This document shows, piece by piece, positions 44,419 through 55,846 of a DNA stretch of 64,000 nucleotides; positions within the stretch are counted from its first letter, which is position 1; each line of letters opens with the position of its first letter. The position numbers were made by a program, and so were the translations under genes. The notes below the pieces were generated by a model. It had not been told where the DNA came from. It saw nothing but the letters and a program-made list of their open reading frames with translations, and did no database searches. The stretch is from Octopus vulgaris (lineage: Eukaryota), in NCBI GenBank assembly GCA_951406725.2, contig OX597815.1, forward strand, positions 105,462,001 to 105,526,000. Reading direction: 5' to 3'.

Positions 44419-44546
44419 CATACCCGTTTTAGTGTGCAGATTGTGAATTGAGAATATATGGAAATTGCATGTACATGTTTGTGAGTGCACACGCGCGCAC
44501 ATGTGTACCATACTATTTGGGGAGTTTTCTATAAATACGATTTGAA

Positions 44547-44762
44547 GGGCTGCGAACTGGCAGAAACTTTAGCACTCCGGGCGAAATGCTTAGCGGTACT
44601 TCGTCTGTCTTCATGCTCTGAGTTCAAATTCCGCCGAGGTCGACTTAGCTTTTCATCCTTTTGGGGTCGATAAATTAATAACCAGTTGCGTACTGGAATC
44701 GATCTAATCAACTAGCCCCCTCCCCAAAATATTTTGGGCCTTGTACCTAGAGTAGAAAAGTA
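44547..44762 (+). mobile_element. Monomeric tRNA-derived SINE
   Basis: Same family as the 39959 and 55849 copies; degenerate TSD tacgatttgaa / tacggtttgaa. Confidence 0.9.
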
Positions 44763-44830
44763 TATCTACGGTTTGAAATTGGAAGTCTGTGTGTGTTTGA
44801 GTATGTGCGTTTCTGTGTATGCGCGTGTGC

Positions 44831-45239
44831 ATGTGTGTATGTGCTCCCTTGTGACTATGTGCGAATATGTTAGGTCCAAATATGCGTTGCATATGTTTAT
44901 CAGCGTCGAAATATTCGATCATATGTGACATAAATATGAATAAAAGTGTATACGTTACACATACAGGTATCTGTGTGAGTCTCTCGCTCTTACTCTCTCT
45001 CACTCTCTCTCTCTCACACACACATATATATATATACTATGTGTGTATGTGTATGTGTGTGTGAGAGAGAGAGAGTGAGAGAGAGTAAGAGCGAGAGACT
45101 CACACAGATACCTGTATGTGTAACGTATACACTTTTATTCATATTTATGTCACATATGATCGAATATTTCGACGCTGATAAACATATGCAACGCATATTT
45201 GGACCTAACATATTCGCACATAGTCACAAGGGAGCACAT

Positions 45240-45247
<8 letters not shown>
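44831..45247. repeat. Perfect inverted repeat, 196 bp arms (44831-45026, 45052-45247), 25 bp spacer
   Basis: Arms are exact reverse complements by inspection; ORFs 44867+ and 45014- give identical N-terminal translations. Confidence 0.95.
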
Positions 45248-45286
<39 letters not shown>

Positions 45287-45333
45287 CATATATATACCTA
45301 TATATACATAAATATACATATATATATATATAC

Positions 45334-45368
<35 letters not shown>

Positions 45369-45442
45369 CTTTGATAGGTTTCGGCCATTATTGGCTCAGG
45401 CCATGTCTAACTTAATAGCACCACCTGGTGAAGTCTTTCAAG

Positions 45443-48400
45443 TCAGAATTTGGGCACTATGGCCCACTCAAGTAGAGAGTTATTGTTTACAGAGACATAT
45501 CCGGGTGTAGGGGGTTTATCCGGGATTTCTTGAAGGAATCTGTCCAAAGACTTCTTGAACCCTATAGGGTCAGTTTCTGTTTTAATGTGTTTTGGTGTAA
45601 TGTTAAAGAGAGCGGGGCCAATTGAGGTGAAATAATTGTGCCGTATTGTTGTTATGAGATGAGATTGCGATTTTTGTTTTGGGCGGATGGCACGGGGCCC
45701 AAGCCTTGGATGTACCTTAAAGATGATGCCAACATCATTATGGCAATGCTGATGGAATATTTTCCACATCATGCAGATGATGTAGCGCTCACGACGACGT
45801 TGGAGAGAATAGAGTTTTAGCTTTTCTAGTCGACCCCAATAGTCGAGGCCTGTCATGCCATCTATCTTTTTTGTGATTGCCCTTTGAGGTGCTTCAACTT
45901 TTATGATACCTTGTATTGTGTGGGGAGACCACAGTGGACAACAGTATTCAAGGTGGGGTCGGGCAAAAGTGGAGAAGAGAAGGATAATGGTGTGGATATC
46001 TCTCGACTGGAAAGTTCTGAGAATCCAGGAACACATTCTGCGGGCCATGTCAACTTTGGTGTTTATATGAGTGGCCCAGCTTATGTTGTTGTTCACAATT
46101 ACTCCCAAGTCTCTGATGTTGTTGGACGCCGCGAGAGTTTCACCTGAAGGAAGGGAGTATGGGAGTTTCAGGGCATCCTCTTTTCCAAAGTGGATTAGCT
46201 CAAATTTATCCTCGTTCAGCAGCATATTGTTTTTTTCTGCCCATTGGATAACAGCCAGTAGATCTGACTGAAGGCATGTCCGGTCACTCGCCTCATTTAT
46301 TACCTTCTGTAGCTTGGAGTCATCTGCAAAGATTTTTATGTTGCTGTGCTTGATGATGTCATTAATGTCATTAATGTAAATGATGAAAAGAAGTGGGCCC
46401 AGCACAGTGCCTTGCGGAACGCCACTACTGACTTTAGCTGGGCTTGATTTTACCCCTTCAACTACAACATGTTGAGATCTGTCTGTCAGGAAACACTTGA
46501 TCCATTTCAGTAACTTTCCAGAGACACCAATGTTGGATAGTTTTTTCAACAGGATCTTGTGATCGACCCTGTCGAAGGCCTTACTGAAATCAAGGTAGAT
46601 GACATCGGTGTTGGAGCCCTCTCCCAAAGCTCTCAAAATGTCCTCAAAGTGATGCAGGAGCTGCGTTAGGCAGTCCCTTCCATTACGGAACCCATGTTGG
46701 TTGGAGATCAGCCGTCTGTTGCTTTCCAGAAATTGGGTTATTCGAGATCTCACCACCCTCTCAAATACCTTGATGATATGAGAGGTGGGTGAGATCGGAC
46801 GGTAATTCACTGCAAGGGACTTGTTTCCCTTTTTGAAAACTGGGACAACAGACTGGGACAGAAGGTTTTTTGGAATATAGCCAGCATCCAGTGAGTTTCT
46901 CCACAGATTAGCAAGGGGAGATGCAAGTTGGTGTCGACACACCTTCAGGACACAAGCAGGGAACCTATCGGGGCCTACTGCTGAATTGTGTTTTATTTCG
47001 TTTATCGCCGCTAAGACATCAGGGGCACTAAACGTTATGTCCGATATAGTGTGTTGGGGGTTGACATCACTGATACAGCCCAGATCGGCCATATCAGGAT
47101 TGCTGAAAACAGAGCAGTATTGTTTCTGCAGTATCTCGGCCATGGATTTGGCATTATCTTGGAGAGTGCCAGTTTCGTCAATTAGAGGGCCTACAGTGGA
47201 GACAGTGACCCTGCGTTTCCTCGCAAATGAAAAGAACACTTTGGGGTTGAGTTTGATTTTTTCAATGGCCCACTTCTCCTCAGCTGATCTTTGGTTATTG
47301 ATGAGGGTCTTCATGCATTGTTGGAGGTTATATTTTTTGGATTCAAGCAGTGCGATAGCCGTCGAATGTGTGTGTTGCTGTTGGCAGTACTTTAGTTTGT
47401 TAATTTTTTTGTTTGTTCTTTTTATTTTTCTGATAATGGTTTTTCTGTTTTGGGGGATTCTGCACTTTTTGTTCACAGGTCTTGGTGGGGAGTGTTTTGC
47501 ACATATGTCTGTGACGGTGTCTACAAAGATCTGCCAAGATGTTTTATGGTTGGTGGAGATGTGTGTATGTGTAAAGGACCAGTCAACATGTGATAGCTCG
47601 TTCCTGATTGCATCCCAGTTGGCATTATGGAGATCCATGTTGTCAAATGGGTGGGCTGGAGGAAGGTCACTAGGATTAGCTTTCGGCTGGTGGAATTTCA
47701 TGTTACAGAGAACCATGTCATGGTCTGAAAGAAGGGTTTTTTCCACTGTAACGTTATGTATAGTGTTAGTGTGGTTACTAAACACTAGGTCCAAAATGTT
47801 CTGATGTCTTGTTGGTGCAAGGACAAGTTGGGACAAGAAAAACTCATTCGTAAAGTCGAAAAGTGACTCTGCTGCTTCTTTGTCAGCGGTTGAGGCGGGA
47901 GTGCTTGGTTTCAAACAGTTTGTAGTCCAGTCAACACAGGGTAGATTGAAGTCTCCCATCATGAGTATGTTGCTAGAATGGCACTGTTGAATAAAGCACT
48001 TAATGCTGTTGAGGCATTCTTTAAAGCACAGTATGGGTGTTTGGGGCGGCCTATAGAGCCCAATTACTGTCAGGTCATTGGCTTTGTTGTGCACGGTGAC
48101 TGATTCACAGTAGCCGTTGGAGAATATACTATTTCCATCTGCCGTAAATGAATCATGCAGGAAAATGGCAGTTCCACCCTTCCTCCTGCCGATACGATCC
48201 GCGCGGATGGTTGTGAAATTCTTCACTCTCACTTCGGCTTCCAAGTGGGAGTTGTCAAGGTGGGTCTCAATGAGAATGAAGAAAGGGATGTGGTGTGAAT
48301 GGTTACCAACCCAGTCTTCAATGAATTGGACCTTCCATTTTTGTGCATTGATGGAAGGGCTGACACCTTGTGCATTGAGTAGGAATGTGGAGGTTAGTGT

Positions 48401-48478
48401 AGTGGCTGGTTTTGACTGTTGCAGGGGGCTTGTATTTTTTGTGTGTGTTAGTGGCAGCAATGTGGGGAATTGGTGCAT
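45443..48478 (-). CDS. LINE ORF2: APE endonuclease plus reverse transcriptase (1011 aa, intact)
   Basis: APE motifs LLNAQG, LIETH, GLYRPP, MGDFN, ILDL, SDHD; RT motifs [39 protein letters not shown]; CR1-type C-terminus [21 protein letters not shown]. Confidence 0.97.
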   Translation of the reverse strand: MHQFPTLLPLTHTKNTSPLQQSKPATTLTSTFLLNAQGVSPSINAQKWKVQFIEDWVGNHSHHIPFFILIETHLDNSHLEAEVRVKNFTTIRADRIGRRKGGTAIFLHDSFTADGNSIFSNGYCESVTVHNKANDLTVIGLYRPPQTPILCFKECLNSIKCFIQQCHSSNILMMGDFNLPCVDWTTNCLKPSTPASTADKEAAESLFDFTNEFFLSQLVLAPTRHQNILDLVFSNHTNTIHNVTVEKTLLSDHDMVLCNMKFHQPKANPSDLPPAHPFDNMDLHNANWDAIRNELSHVDWSFTHTHISTNHKTSWQIFVDTVTDICAKHSPPRPVNKKCRIPQNRKTIIRKIKRTNKKINKLKYCQQQHTHSTAIALLESKKYNLQQCMKTLINNQRSAEEKWAIEKIKLNPKVFFSFARKRRVTVSTVGPLIDETGTLQDNAKSMAEILQKQYCSVFSNPDMADLGCISDVNPQHTISDITFSAPDVLAAINEIKHNSAVGPDRFPACVLKVCRHQLASPLANLWRNSLDAGYIPKNLLSQSVVPVFKKGNKSLAVNYRPISPTSHIIKVFERVVRSRITQFLESNRRLISNQHGFRNGRDCLTQLLHHFEDILRALGEGSNTDVIYLDFSKAFDRVDHKILLKKLSNIGVSGKLLKWIKCFLTDRSQHVVVEGVKSSPAKVSSGVPQGTVLGPLLFIIYINDINDIIKHSNIKIFADDSKLQKVINEASDRTCLQSDLLAVIQWAEKNNMLLNEDKFELIHFGKEDALKLPYSLPSGETLAASNNIRDLGVIVNNNISWATHINTKVDMARRMCSWILRTFQSRDIHTIILLFSTFARPHLEYCCPLWSPHTIQGIIKVEAPQRAITKKIDGMTGLDYWGRLEKLKLYSLQRRRERYIICMMWKIFHQHCHNDVGIIFKVHPRLGPRAIRPKQKSQSHLITTIRHNYFTSIGPALFNITPKHIKTETDPIGFKKSLDRFLQEIPDKPPTPGYVSVNNNSLLEWAIVPKF

Positions 48479-49641
48479 AGCATAGGATGGTGTTGAGTGA
48501 TGGTTAGAATGTTTTTGTGTATCTCTTTTGCCATGTTCAACATGGCTAAAGAATTTTCCTGCTTAGGGAGCAGTTTTTGGCTGGAGGTGTGGTTGCACTG
48601 TTGGATAGGGTTGTAGTTTCCACTTTTGTTGTTGTTGTTTTTGTGTCTTCCTGAAAAGACTGGACCAGCATTACTGCAGCATGGTGTGTTTCTATTTTTA
48701 TTTTTATTCAGGTTTGTGTGTTGGCTTGAAGCCCCGTTTCTGTTTGTGCGTCGGGTCCCTGGAAGATGAGTGAAGGGACAGTCACTCAGCAGACATGTTC
48801 TCTCACGTTGGGAATACCGGCAGATTTTGGGACTCCGAGTTGTGTGTGTTTTGAATTTCGATTTACTATTTGGTGGTGTTGATGTTATTGTGGGATGCGT
48901 GCTTTGGCCTTGGCCGGTAGTGCGTCTAGTGCCGGGTAGATGCGTGAAGATGCAGTCACTATTTGTGCAGAGTCTCTGGCGCAGTGAATAGCGGCATATT
49001 TGGGGATTTCTTGTTTGTGCCGTGGGGGGCGCATTCTGCTTCCTATGTTTCTTTAAGTTTTTGTTACTGCAGTAGTATTGAGGTGGTGATGTGGGGGAAG
49101 AGGGCAGTGGTTTCTTATTTGGTTTTCTGTTGGTATTTTTGGTGATAGAAGACGATGGTGGCAGCGGTGGTGATGATGATGATGATAATTGTGGTGGTTG
49201 CCGTGAGAGCGGTGAAAAGATACTGGCATTTAGTGAATCATCTAGTAAGCTAGAGTTGAGGAGTGGCTGTTGTTGTTGTTGTTGTGCTTGACCGATGTTA
49301 GGGTCAGCCATTGTGCTGGGAACCAGGAGTGGCTCATTCTGTTGTTGTTGTTGTTGTGGCTGCTGATTTTCTAGCTGTTGCTGTTCTTGAACTGTGAAAA
49401 TATGAAGAAGCTTTTCATAATGGCCTTTTGTCAGTTTGAAAGATACTTCGATATGTTTCAGTTTGCTATGAATCTGTTTGACGGATCGTGTGTTGACCAC
49501 TTGTGATGTTTTTTCGGCAATCTCATTCAAACACAAAACATTTAGATTTTCTGTTTGGGAAAGAGAGAACCATGTGTTTATTAAAACATCAATTTCGTTA
49601 TCAGACCAATTTCGTCTGTTGCAGGCCTGCAAGTTAGTCAT
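48448..49641 (-). CDS. LINE ORF1 (397 aa): Myb/SANT-like N-terminus, polyQ/low-complexity linker, two CCCH zinc fingers
   Basis: RRNWSDNEIDVLINTW...RSVKQIHSKLKHI; CRYSLRQRLCTNSDCIFTH and CRYSQRERTCLLSDCPFTH (C-x8-C-x4-C-x3-H); lies directly upstream of ORF2 with a 31 bp overlap. Confidence 0.85.
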   Translation of the reverse strand: MTNLQACNRRNWSDNEIDVLINTWFSLSQTENLNVLCLNEIAEKTSQVVNTRSVKQIHSKLKHIEVSFKLTKGHYEKLLHIFTVQEQQQLENQQPQQQQQQNEPLLVPSTMADPNIGQAQQQQQQPLLNSSLLDDSLNASIFSPLSRQPPQLSSSSSPPLPPSSSITKNTNRKPNKKPLPSSPTSPPQYYCSNKNLKKHRKQNAPPTAQTRNPQICRYSLRQRLCTNSDCIFTHLPGTRRTTGQGQSTHPTITSTPPNSKSKFKTHTTRSPKICRYSQRERTCLLSDCPFTHLPGTRRTNRNGASSQHTNLNKNKNRNTPCCSNAGPVFSGRHKNNNNKSGNYNPIQQCNHTSSQKLLPKQENSLAMLNMAKEIHKNILTITQHHPMLCTNSPHCCH

Positions 49642-50386
49642 GTTTGTTTTTCTTTTGTTTGTTTTCCTTTTGATTTTTGAAAATATATATATTCTTTCTT
49701 GGGAGTTAAAGAAGTGTATATATATATAAATGTTCTCTCTTAAGGGTGTGAGTTTTTGATTATTTGGTTGTTTGAGGATATTAAAAGAAAAACAGGTGTA
49801 TATAACAATTTGTAGTTAAATGAAAACGTACTTGCGGGTTTGTAGGCAAACACGTGGTTACAAATATATATATATTTAAGGTCAGTTAGGTTTTGAAGCT
49901 GTGTAGCTTGCTACTGACTTGGGAGAGAAACAAATAGACGTCCGTCCACTTATATATATATATATATACACACAATTTAAAAATAGGATAAAATCTTTAT
50001 AAGAATTTATCAAGTAGTTAGCGTGAAAAGTCTCATAAGAGAAAAAGCCCAACTATTTTTCACTTAAATATATTTATTTATATTATATAGAAGGCATCGT
50101 TACACAAAAATGTCACATGCCAGGAGGGACTCTTAAAGTCAAAACTACTAAAATAAATAAACATATCGTATCAATTGCAACTCTCGAAACAAGTCATTTA
50201 ATAACATATTTCAGCTGCATATCACCTGTGATTTCGTAATCAGTGCAGTGGTGTGCACTCTTTACTCCTCAGTGCAAGCATAATTCACGATTTATAATGA
50301 ATGAACAAAAACATACCAGGCGAACAACCATCGTATTCAACGCAGCATGTAGAAATGATCACCCCTTATACATCTATGTAAATGGC

Positions 50387-50387
<1 letters not shown>

Positions 50388-50448
<61 letters not shown>

Positions 50449-50456
50449 TGATGATG

Positions 50457-50502
<46 letters not shown>

Positions 50503-50593
50503 CAACAACAACAACAAACAATAATAATAATGACAACAACAACTACAACAATAATAATAATAATGATAATAATAATAATAATAATACTAATAC

Positions 50594-50658
<65 letters not shown>
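50388..50658. repeat. (AAT)n/(AAC)n/(GAT)n compound microsatellite
   Basis: Directly visible. Confidence 0.95.
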
Positions 50659-50807
50659 GAAAAAAAAATAATAAAAAAATTTTTAAAATGAACGAACTAC
50701 TGAGTTTGGTTTAATGGCCTACCAATGTATACTATGAGTTTCTTTGCCCTAGGAGTCGGGAAGACACTCGGCAAGAAATGGAAGCAAATTTGAAAGAAGA
50801 AAAAAAA

Positions 50808-50837
<30 letters not shown>

Positions 50838-50840
<3 letters not shown>

Positions 50841-51381
50841 GCCCTGATGCAGTACTAGGCTGTGGCTGTCATGGCTTCTGATCTTAACTGATTGGAAGTG
50901 TTATCATGTACATTGCTTTGTCTTGGTATAAAATATGGGCTACAGCAAATATTCTGCTCAATACCACAGATTTCCTTGTCAATTGTTTGGCCTTATCCGG
51001 TTGAACATGTCCCTTAGTGGCTGACGATATGTGCATCTCTGATCACGAGAAGAAGTAGTCGGGTGTATCATAGCCATGCGTTGAGAGAGATTCATTGGGG
51101 TTTGGATAATTCACCTCTGGAAACATGGGTGTTTTGTCCAACATCTTTAAACAACGTTATTCAGGGACCTTTTGAGTGAGATGGGCTACTCAGCCTGAAG
51201 AAAATTCTAACTGGGTCCCACCTGCAAGGTCATGCGCTGTTAATCTTGATATGAGATCACCATGTTGTGCACATATTGTTGTGATGCATGTGCCTACTAT
51301 ACCCTTATCATGATGGGTATACTGGGTTTCGTATATTTTACCCCAGTGTCACTTTGATGGCATGCACTGCTCTCTCACACA
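50838..51381 (-). mobile_element. Second full-length copy of the (TAA)n-associated element
   Basis: Collinear with 23269-23813; (AAT)n on the left, AAT then (AAG)n on the right. Confidence 0.85.
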
Positions 51382-53077
51382 ATAAGAAGGAGAAAAGAAG
51401 AAGAAGAAGAAGAAGAAGAAGAAGAAGAAGAAGATATGCATAAATATATATTTATATATATCGGTGTAAATTGATATATATATATATATATATCGATATA
51501 TACATAATTACTTAATTACACACACACATACAAATAGAGAGAATGGGAGAGGGAAAGGGAGAAAGAGGGGACAGAGAGGAAAAAGGAAGTGATAGAGAGA
51601 GGGAATCATAGTTTGAAACACACAAGGAAAATATATTGAGAAACTTTTTTTTAATTTTGTTTGTGAAATTATCATTTCCTGATATAGAACTAATGTTTTG
51701 ATCTCCAGCTCTAGGTCTGTTTTCTTCATACTCCTTCACCACAAATTTCTACCACGCCTTAATTATATTTTCAAGATAATTCGAAATTAACAAAAATAAT
51801 TTCCTCTTGTAATTATCATAAATCTAATTAACTAGCTCGTTTCTATTATGTCTTTTACGACTACTGTTACTACTACTACTATCGTCACTGCTGCGGCTGC
51901 TACTGCCACTTCTCATTCTTATGGATCTTCTTTTGCTTTTTCTTTTGTTTCTTTCGCTAACGTATTTCAGCCATTTTTTAACATATTCTGCCCTTCTTCT
52001 CTTCTTCGCCTCTCTGCTTCGCTTCTTTCTCTCCCCTGCATTCATATCTCTTATGATAAAAGGCAGATTTTCTCTGCCTGTTCCCATGTTTCTTTTTAAT
52101 ACAATTCTACAATATAGAATTTCTTCAATTGGAATTTACCTATGATTTTTCCAAGTAGATTCGATTGGGTCATGGCATGTAAAGTTTTTTCAATTTCACC
52201 CCCAATTAAGCAAAAATTCGAGAAAACTCAATATTTTACGATTTCCCTCTCTCATTTCAAGTGCTTCACTCCTCCATTACCACTACACTTTCTCCTCCTT
52301 TCTCTTTGCAAGTGTGCAACAATTAAAGTGAAAGTATTTATATAACAGAGATGAGCCATTAATACTGGTCATCCTTTTTGCTAGAGGAAGATCCGCTATG
52401 GTCTTATATGCTACACCACTGCTTTTCAATTCATATTAATCAAATTAATATTCAACTTTTCACCCTTATTATGTGTGTGTGTGTGTGTGTATTAGCAATT
52501 CATATAAAATTGCATCAATGACTTGAACTTGAATAAGTGGTTTCACATAAATGGGGATAAATTAAAAAGGTTTGTTGTTATTATTATTACTGTTTGACTA
52601 TTGTAATCACGTTTGTTGGTTCCTCGTCAGGGAAACGTTGTTGTGTTGCATTTGTTAAATAATTGTAAACCGTAACCTTCCCCCTTTCGGAGAAGGGGCT
52701 TTGGTTATTGATTAAAAATTTAATTGTGTCCCTGTTTGGGGAAATTGACAATATTTTCACCGTCTTTACGGAAGCATTTTTGCTAAAATGCCTTCAATAG
52801 AAGAAAGTCCAAAAATGAATTTCGCTGCAGCCGTACACTTCTATACAAGAGGGAGGACAAGATCCAATTGATCGAAATTGCAAGAGACGGGCCTACAATT
52901 CCAGTCTGTTATATATTTTGAGTATTGTTATATCAAGATATAACTTTGTATTTTGTATTTTATGTGATGATGTATATATATAGATGTACATGTAATATAT
53001 ACACATATATATATACACATATATACATGCATAATATATCTACCCATACACACATACGCACACACACATATACATAG

Positions 53078-53163
53078 GGGTAGGTGTGGCTGTGTGGTAA
53101 CAAACTACGTTCCAAACACATGGTCCTGGGTTCAGTCCCACTGTGTGGTGACTTGGCATGTGT
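53078..53163 (+). mobile_element. tRNA-derived SINE head (truncated)
   Basis: A-box-like TGGCTGTGTGG and B-box GGTTCAGTCCC. Confidence 0.75.
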
Positions 53164-54586
53164 AGGCACAAACACTCTGTCTTCACATTTGCTGCGTGAG
53201 ACATGTTTTAATGTTGACGAGCTTGCCGAGTACATAGCCGACAATGAGCCAAAGCTCCTTCCAGAACAGAAGTTCGCTTACAACTCCGTTGTTAATTCAG
53301 TCCGGGCCAAAGATGGGGAGATTTTTTTCCTGGACGCTCCTGGGGGCACTGGGAAAACTTTTGTCAACAAATTAATATTGGCTGAGATTAGGCGAACACA
53401 AGGCATTGCCCTAGCTGTGGCATCATCTGGAATTGCGACTACTTTGTTGCCAGGCGGCAGGACAGCTCACTCCACTTTCAAGCTCCCGCTTGACTTAGCG
53501 AAGACTGAGACACCAACTTGCAACATCAGTAACAGCTCCGATCAGGCAGAAGTCTTCAGACGATGCAAGCTTACCGTTTCGGATGAATGCACGATGGCCC
53601 ACAGAGGTGCTCTTGAGGCACTAGATAGATCTCTCAGAGACATCAAACACTCTTCAGCTTCCATGGGAGGCATAACACTTCTTCTTTCAGGGGACTTCCG
53701 ACAAACACTTCCCGTTATTCCCAAAAGGACTACAGCTGATGCAGTAAGTGCGTGTCTTAAGTCATCCACATTGTGGCCACTGGTGAAGACTCTCAAACTT
53801 CACACCAATATGCGTGCTCATATGCGACGTGATATCACATCAGCAGCATTTTCTCACACCCTCCTTGCACTTGGCGAAGGCAAAATACCAGGGGATGAAA
53901 ATGGTAATATTGCCATCGATTCCATTTGTACCATTGTTAAAACGCCTTCTGATCTCAGAGATGCAGTGTTCCCAGATCTACAAGCTAATTATCAGAATAT
54001 GGATTGGATTGGCCAAAGGGCTATTCTGGCCCCGAGGAATAAAACTGTTCACCATATCAATGATGAAATGCTAAAACTCATTCCTGGGGATGTCTATGTA
54101 TATAAGTCTATCGATACAACTCCTGACCCAGAGGACGTCATCAACTATCCAATAGAGGTACTCAATTCTTTTGAAAACCCCGGACTACCACCAAACATTC
54201 TCAAACTTAAAGTTGGTGCTCCTATAATGCTCATTAGAAATTTCATCGTTAAGTCCTTATCTCCCAATCTGATTGAGGCCACCATTATCACAGGGTGCGG
54301 TCGAGGCAACGTTGTGCTCATACCTAGGATGCATCTTTTCCCATCAGGAGCAGACCTACCTTTCATATTTCGGAGGTCCCAGTTCCCAGTAAGGCCATGT
54401 TTCGCAATGTCAATTAACAAAGCGCAAGGTCAAACACTGTCTGTGGCGAGAATACATTTGGGGGAGCCATGTTTCTCTCATGGTCAGCTTTATGTTGCCT
54501 GCTCACGTGTCGGCAGCAACAATGATGCTTTCGCATTCGTTCTACAACGAAAAACAAAAAACATTATGTACAAGGAGGTTTTATAG
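53084..54586 (+). CDS. Helitron Pif1-like helicase domain, open frame lacking the Rep domain (probably non-functional)
   Basis: DAPGGTGKT, ASSGIA, DECTM, GDFRQTLPV, RAILAPRN, FAMSINKAQGQT, HGQLYVACSRV; the listed start is a GTG inside the SINE head. Confidence 0.7.
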   Translation: MWLCGNKLRSKHMVLGSVPLCGDLACVGTNTLSSHLLRETCFNVDELAEYIADNEPKLLPEQKFAYNSVVNSVRAKDGEIFFLDAPGGTGKTFVNKLILAEIRRTQGIALAVASSGIATTLLPGGRTAHSTFKLPLDLAKTETPTCNISNSSDQAEVFRRCKLTVSDECTMAHRGALEALDRSLRDIKHSSASMGGITLLLSGDFRQTLPVIPKRTTADAVSACLKSSTLWPLVKTLKLHTNMRAHMRRDITSAAFSHTLLALGEGKIPGDENGNIAIDSICTIVKTPSDLRDAVFPDLQANYQNMDWIGQRAILAPRNKTVHHINDEMLKLIPGDVYVYKSIDTTPDPEDVINYPIEVLNSFENPGLPPNILKLKVGAPIMLIRNFIVKSLSPNLIEATIITGCGRGNVVLIPRMHLFPSGADLPFIFRRSQFPVRPCFAMSINKAQGQTLSVARIHLGEPCFSHGQLYVACSRVGSNNDAFAFVLQRKTKNIMYKEVL

Positions 54587-54824
54587 GATTACGTTTCATC
54601 ATTTTCGAACACGTTAGTATTTCAAGGCAACCTCGCATTCAATTCTTACACCATTCTACGAGGGGTTAGGAATCCCTTTACACGGCTTTCTATACACTTA
54701 CAAATACATTCATTCGCCGTAAACTTATATCAATATTTGCCTGAATAATCATCATAATCCAGTGCAATCATTAACAGTACTTTCAAGCAATTCAGCCCCG
54801 AGCATCGCCGGGCAATTCTGCTAG
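53164..54824 (+). mobile_element. 5'-truncated Helitron with intact 3' terminus
   Basis: Pif1 helicase ORF followed by hairpin GCCCCG-AGCATCGC-CGGGC (54795-54813) and terminal CTAG (54821-54824) followed by T. Confidence 0.9.
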
Positions 54825-55846
54825 TATGTATATATTAAAAGCACTGCAGATCGTTAGGATAAGCACAAATATACGATAAAATTATGGAGAATCTGTCTTA
54901 AGCAAGCTCACATTCAGCAGAATTTAAATGCTCATATATTGGTTTTCCCTTCTGTAGCTACATATTTATAATACATACATAGAGACAAATATTGATACAC
55001 ATATATATATATATATACACGCATGCATAACCCTTCCTGGTTCGGCATTTAGTTGATTTCGAACAAAGGATTACAAATACTCTTAAAACTAATTGGAGAA
55101 GTAATTAGTCGCTCCTGTCTGAATATTACCCATGAATATGAACATGACATAGTGAGACACGAAGTTCCGTAAGCTAGAGATATCTAATGTATTATATATT
55201 TAGTGTATAGAATGTATTGAGTTCTAAGATAGAAATCCAATCCAAAGGGAACAAATGATGCAAAAAGAATTGAAGGAGCGATTTTATTGAGAAACTGAAA
55301 ATTTTATCTGCTGAAATTAAGAGCGTAATACCATTTCAATGTTTAAAAACTATGGTTAAATTAGCAATAAATAACACCACAGTTAAATTAATTAACGATA
55401 AATAAACAACTCAAGACCAGATCAAGATAAAGGAACGGTATTGTTAAATTGTACACAACCATTTTATAGATAGAGCTTGTTAAAAAAGGATGTGAATATT
55501 TGACACGTGTGCTTGATTTATTGATCCCATCGAAAGGGAAATTAAAGTTTTCTCCTTTAGTCTTCAAAAAAGGGTGTCATGCAACCGAAATGATACAGTT
55601 TTATAGCATTACTGCTGTTCAACACGAGTAGCCCTATAGCCAAAAATGTGAAGCAGTGACAATTCCGTCTTCCTGTAAGGCATAATGCATGTAGGACTAC
55701 AGTCTCTAAAGTATCTTTCTGTTTCTAAGACTTTATTACGTGATTTGTGGGAAATCTGGTTGGTATATCTATTATTCTAATAGGTCAGGCAACAGCGCTG
55801 ACGTGCCCTGTTGGCTCGTGTTGTTGACGATATGATGTAGCATTAT

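Larger units (their letters stand above)
45369..49950 (-). mobile_element. Apparently full-length CR1-group LINE embedded in (TA)n
   Basis: About 310 bp 5' UTR, ORF1, overlapping ORF2 and ~75 bp 3' UTR; TA repeats immediately at both ends. Confidence 0.92.

Noticed and set aside
45372-45410. Hammerhead at the LINE 3' end (CTGA-GCC...GGC-CGAAAC)
   Set aside because: The core lacks the nGA of CUGAnGA and has no stem I/III; more likely the LINE 3' recognition stem-loop.
46986-47804. 272 aa plus-strand ORF
   Set aside because: Antisense shadow of LINE ORF2 with a non-ATG start and no recognisable domain.
48448-48562. Programmed -1 frameshift between ORF1 and ORF2
   Set aside because: The ORF2 frame is open for ~115 nt of overlap, but I see no canonical X XXY YYZ heptamer (closest is C AAA AAC) and ORF2 has its own ATG.
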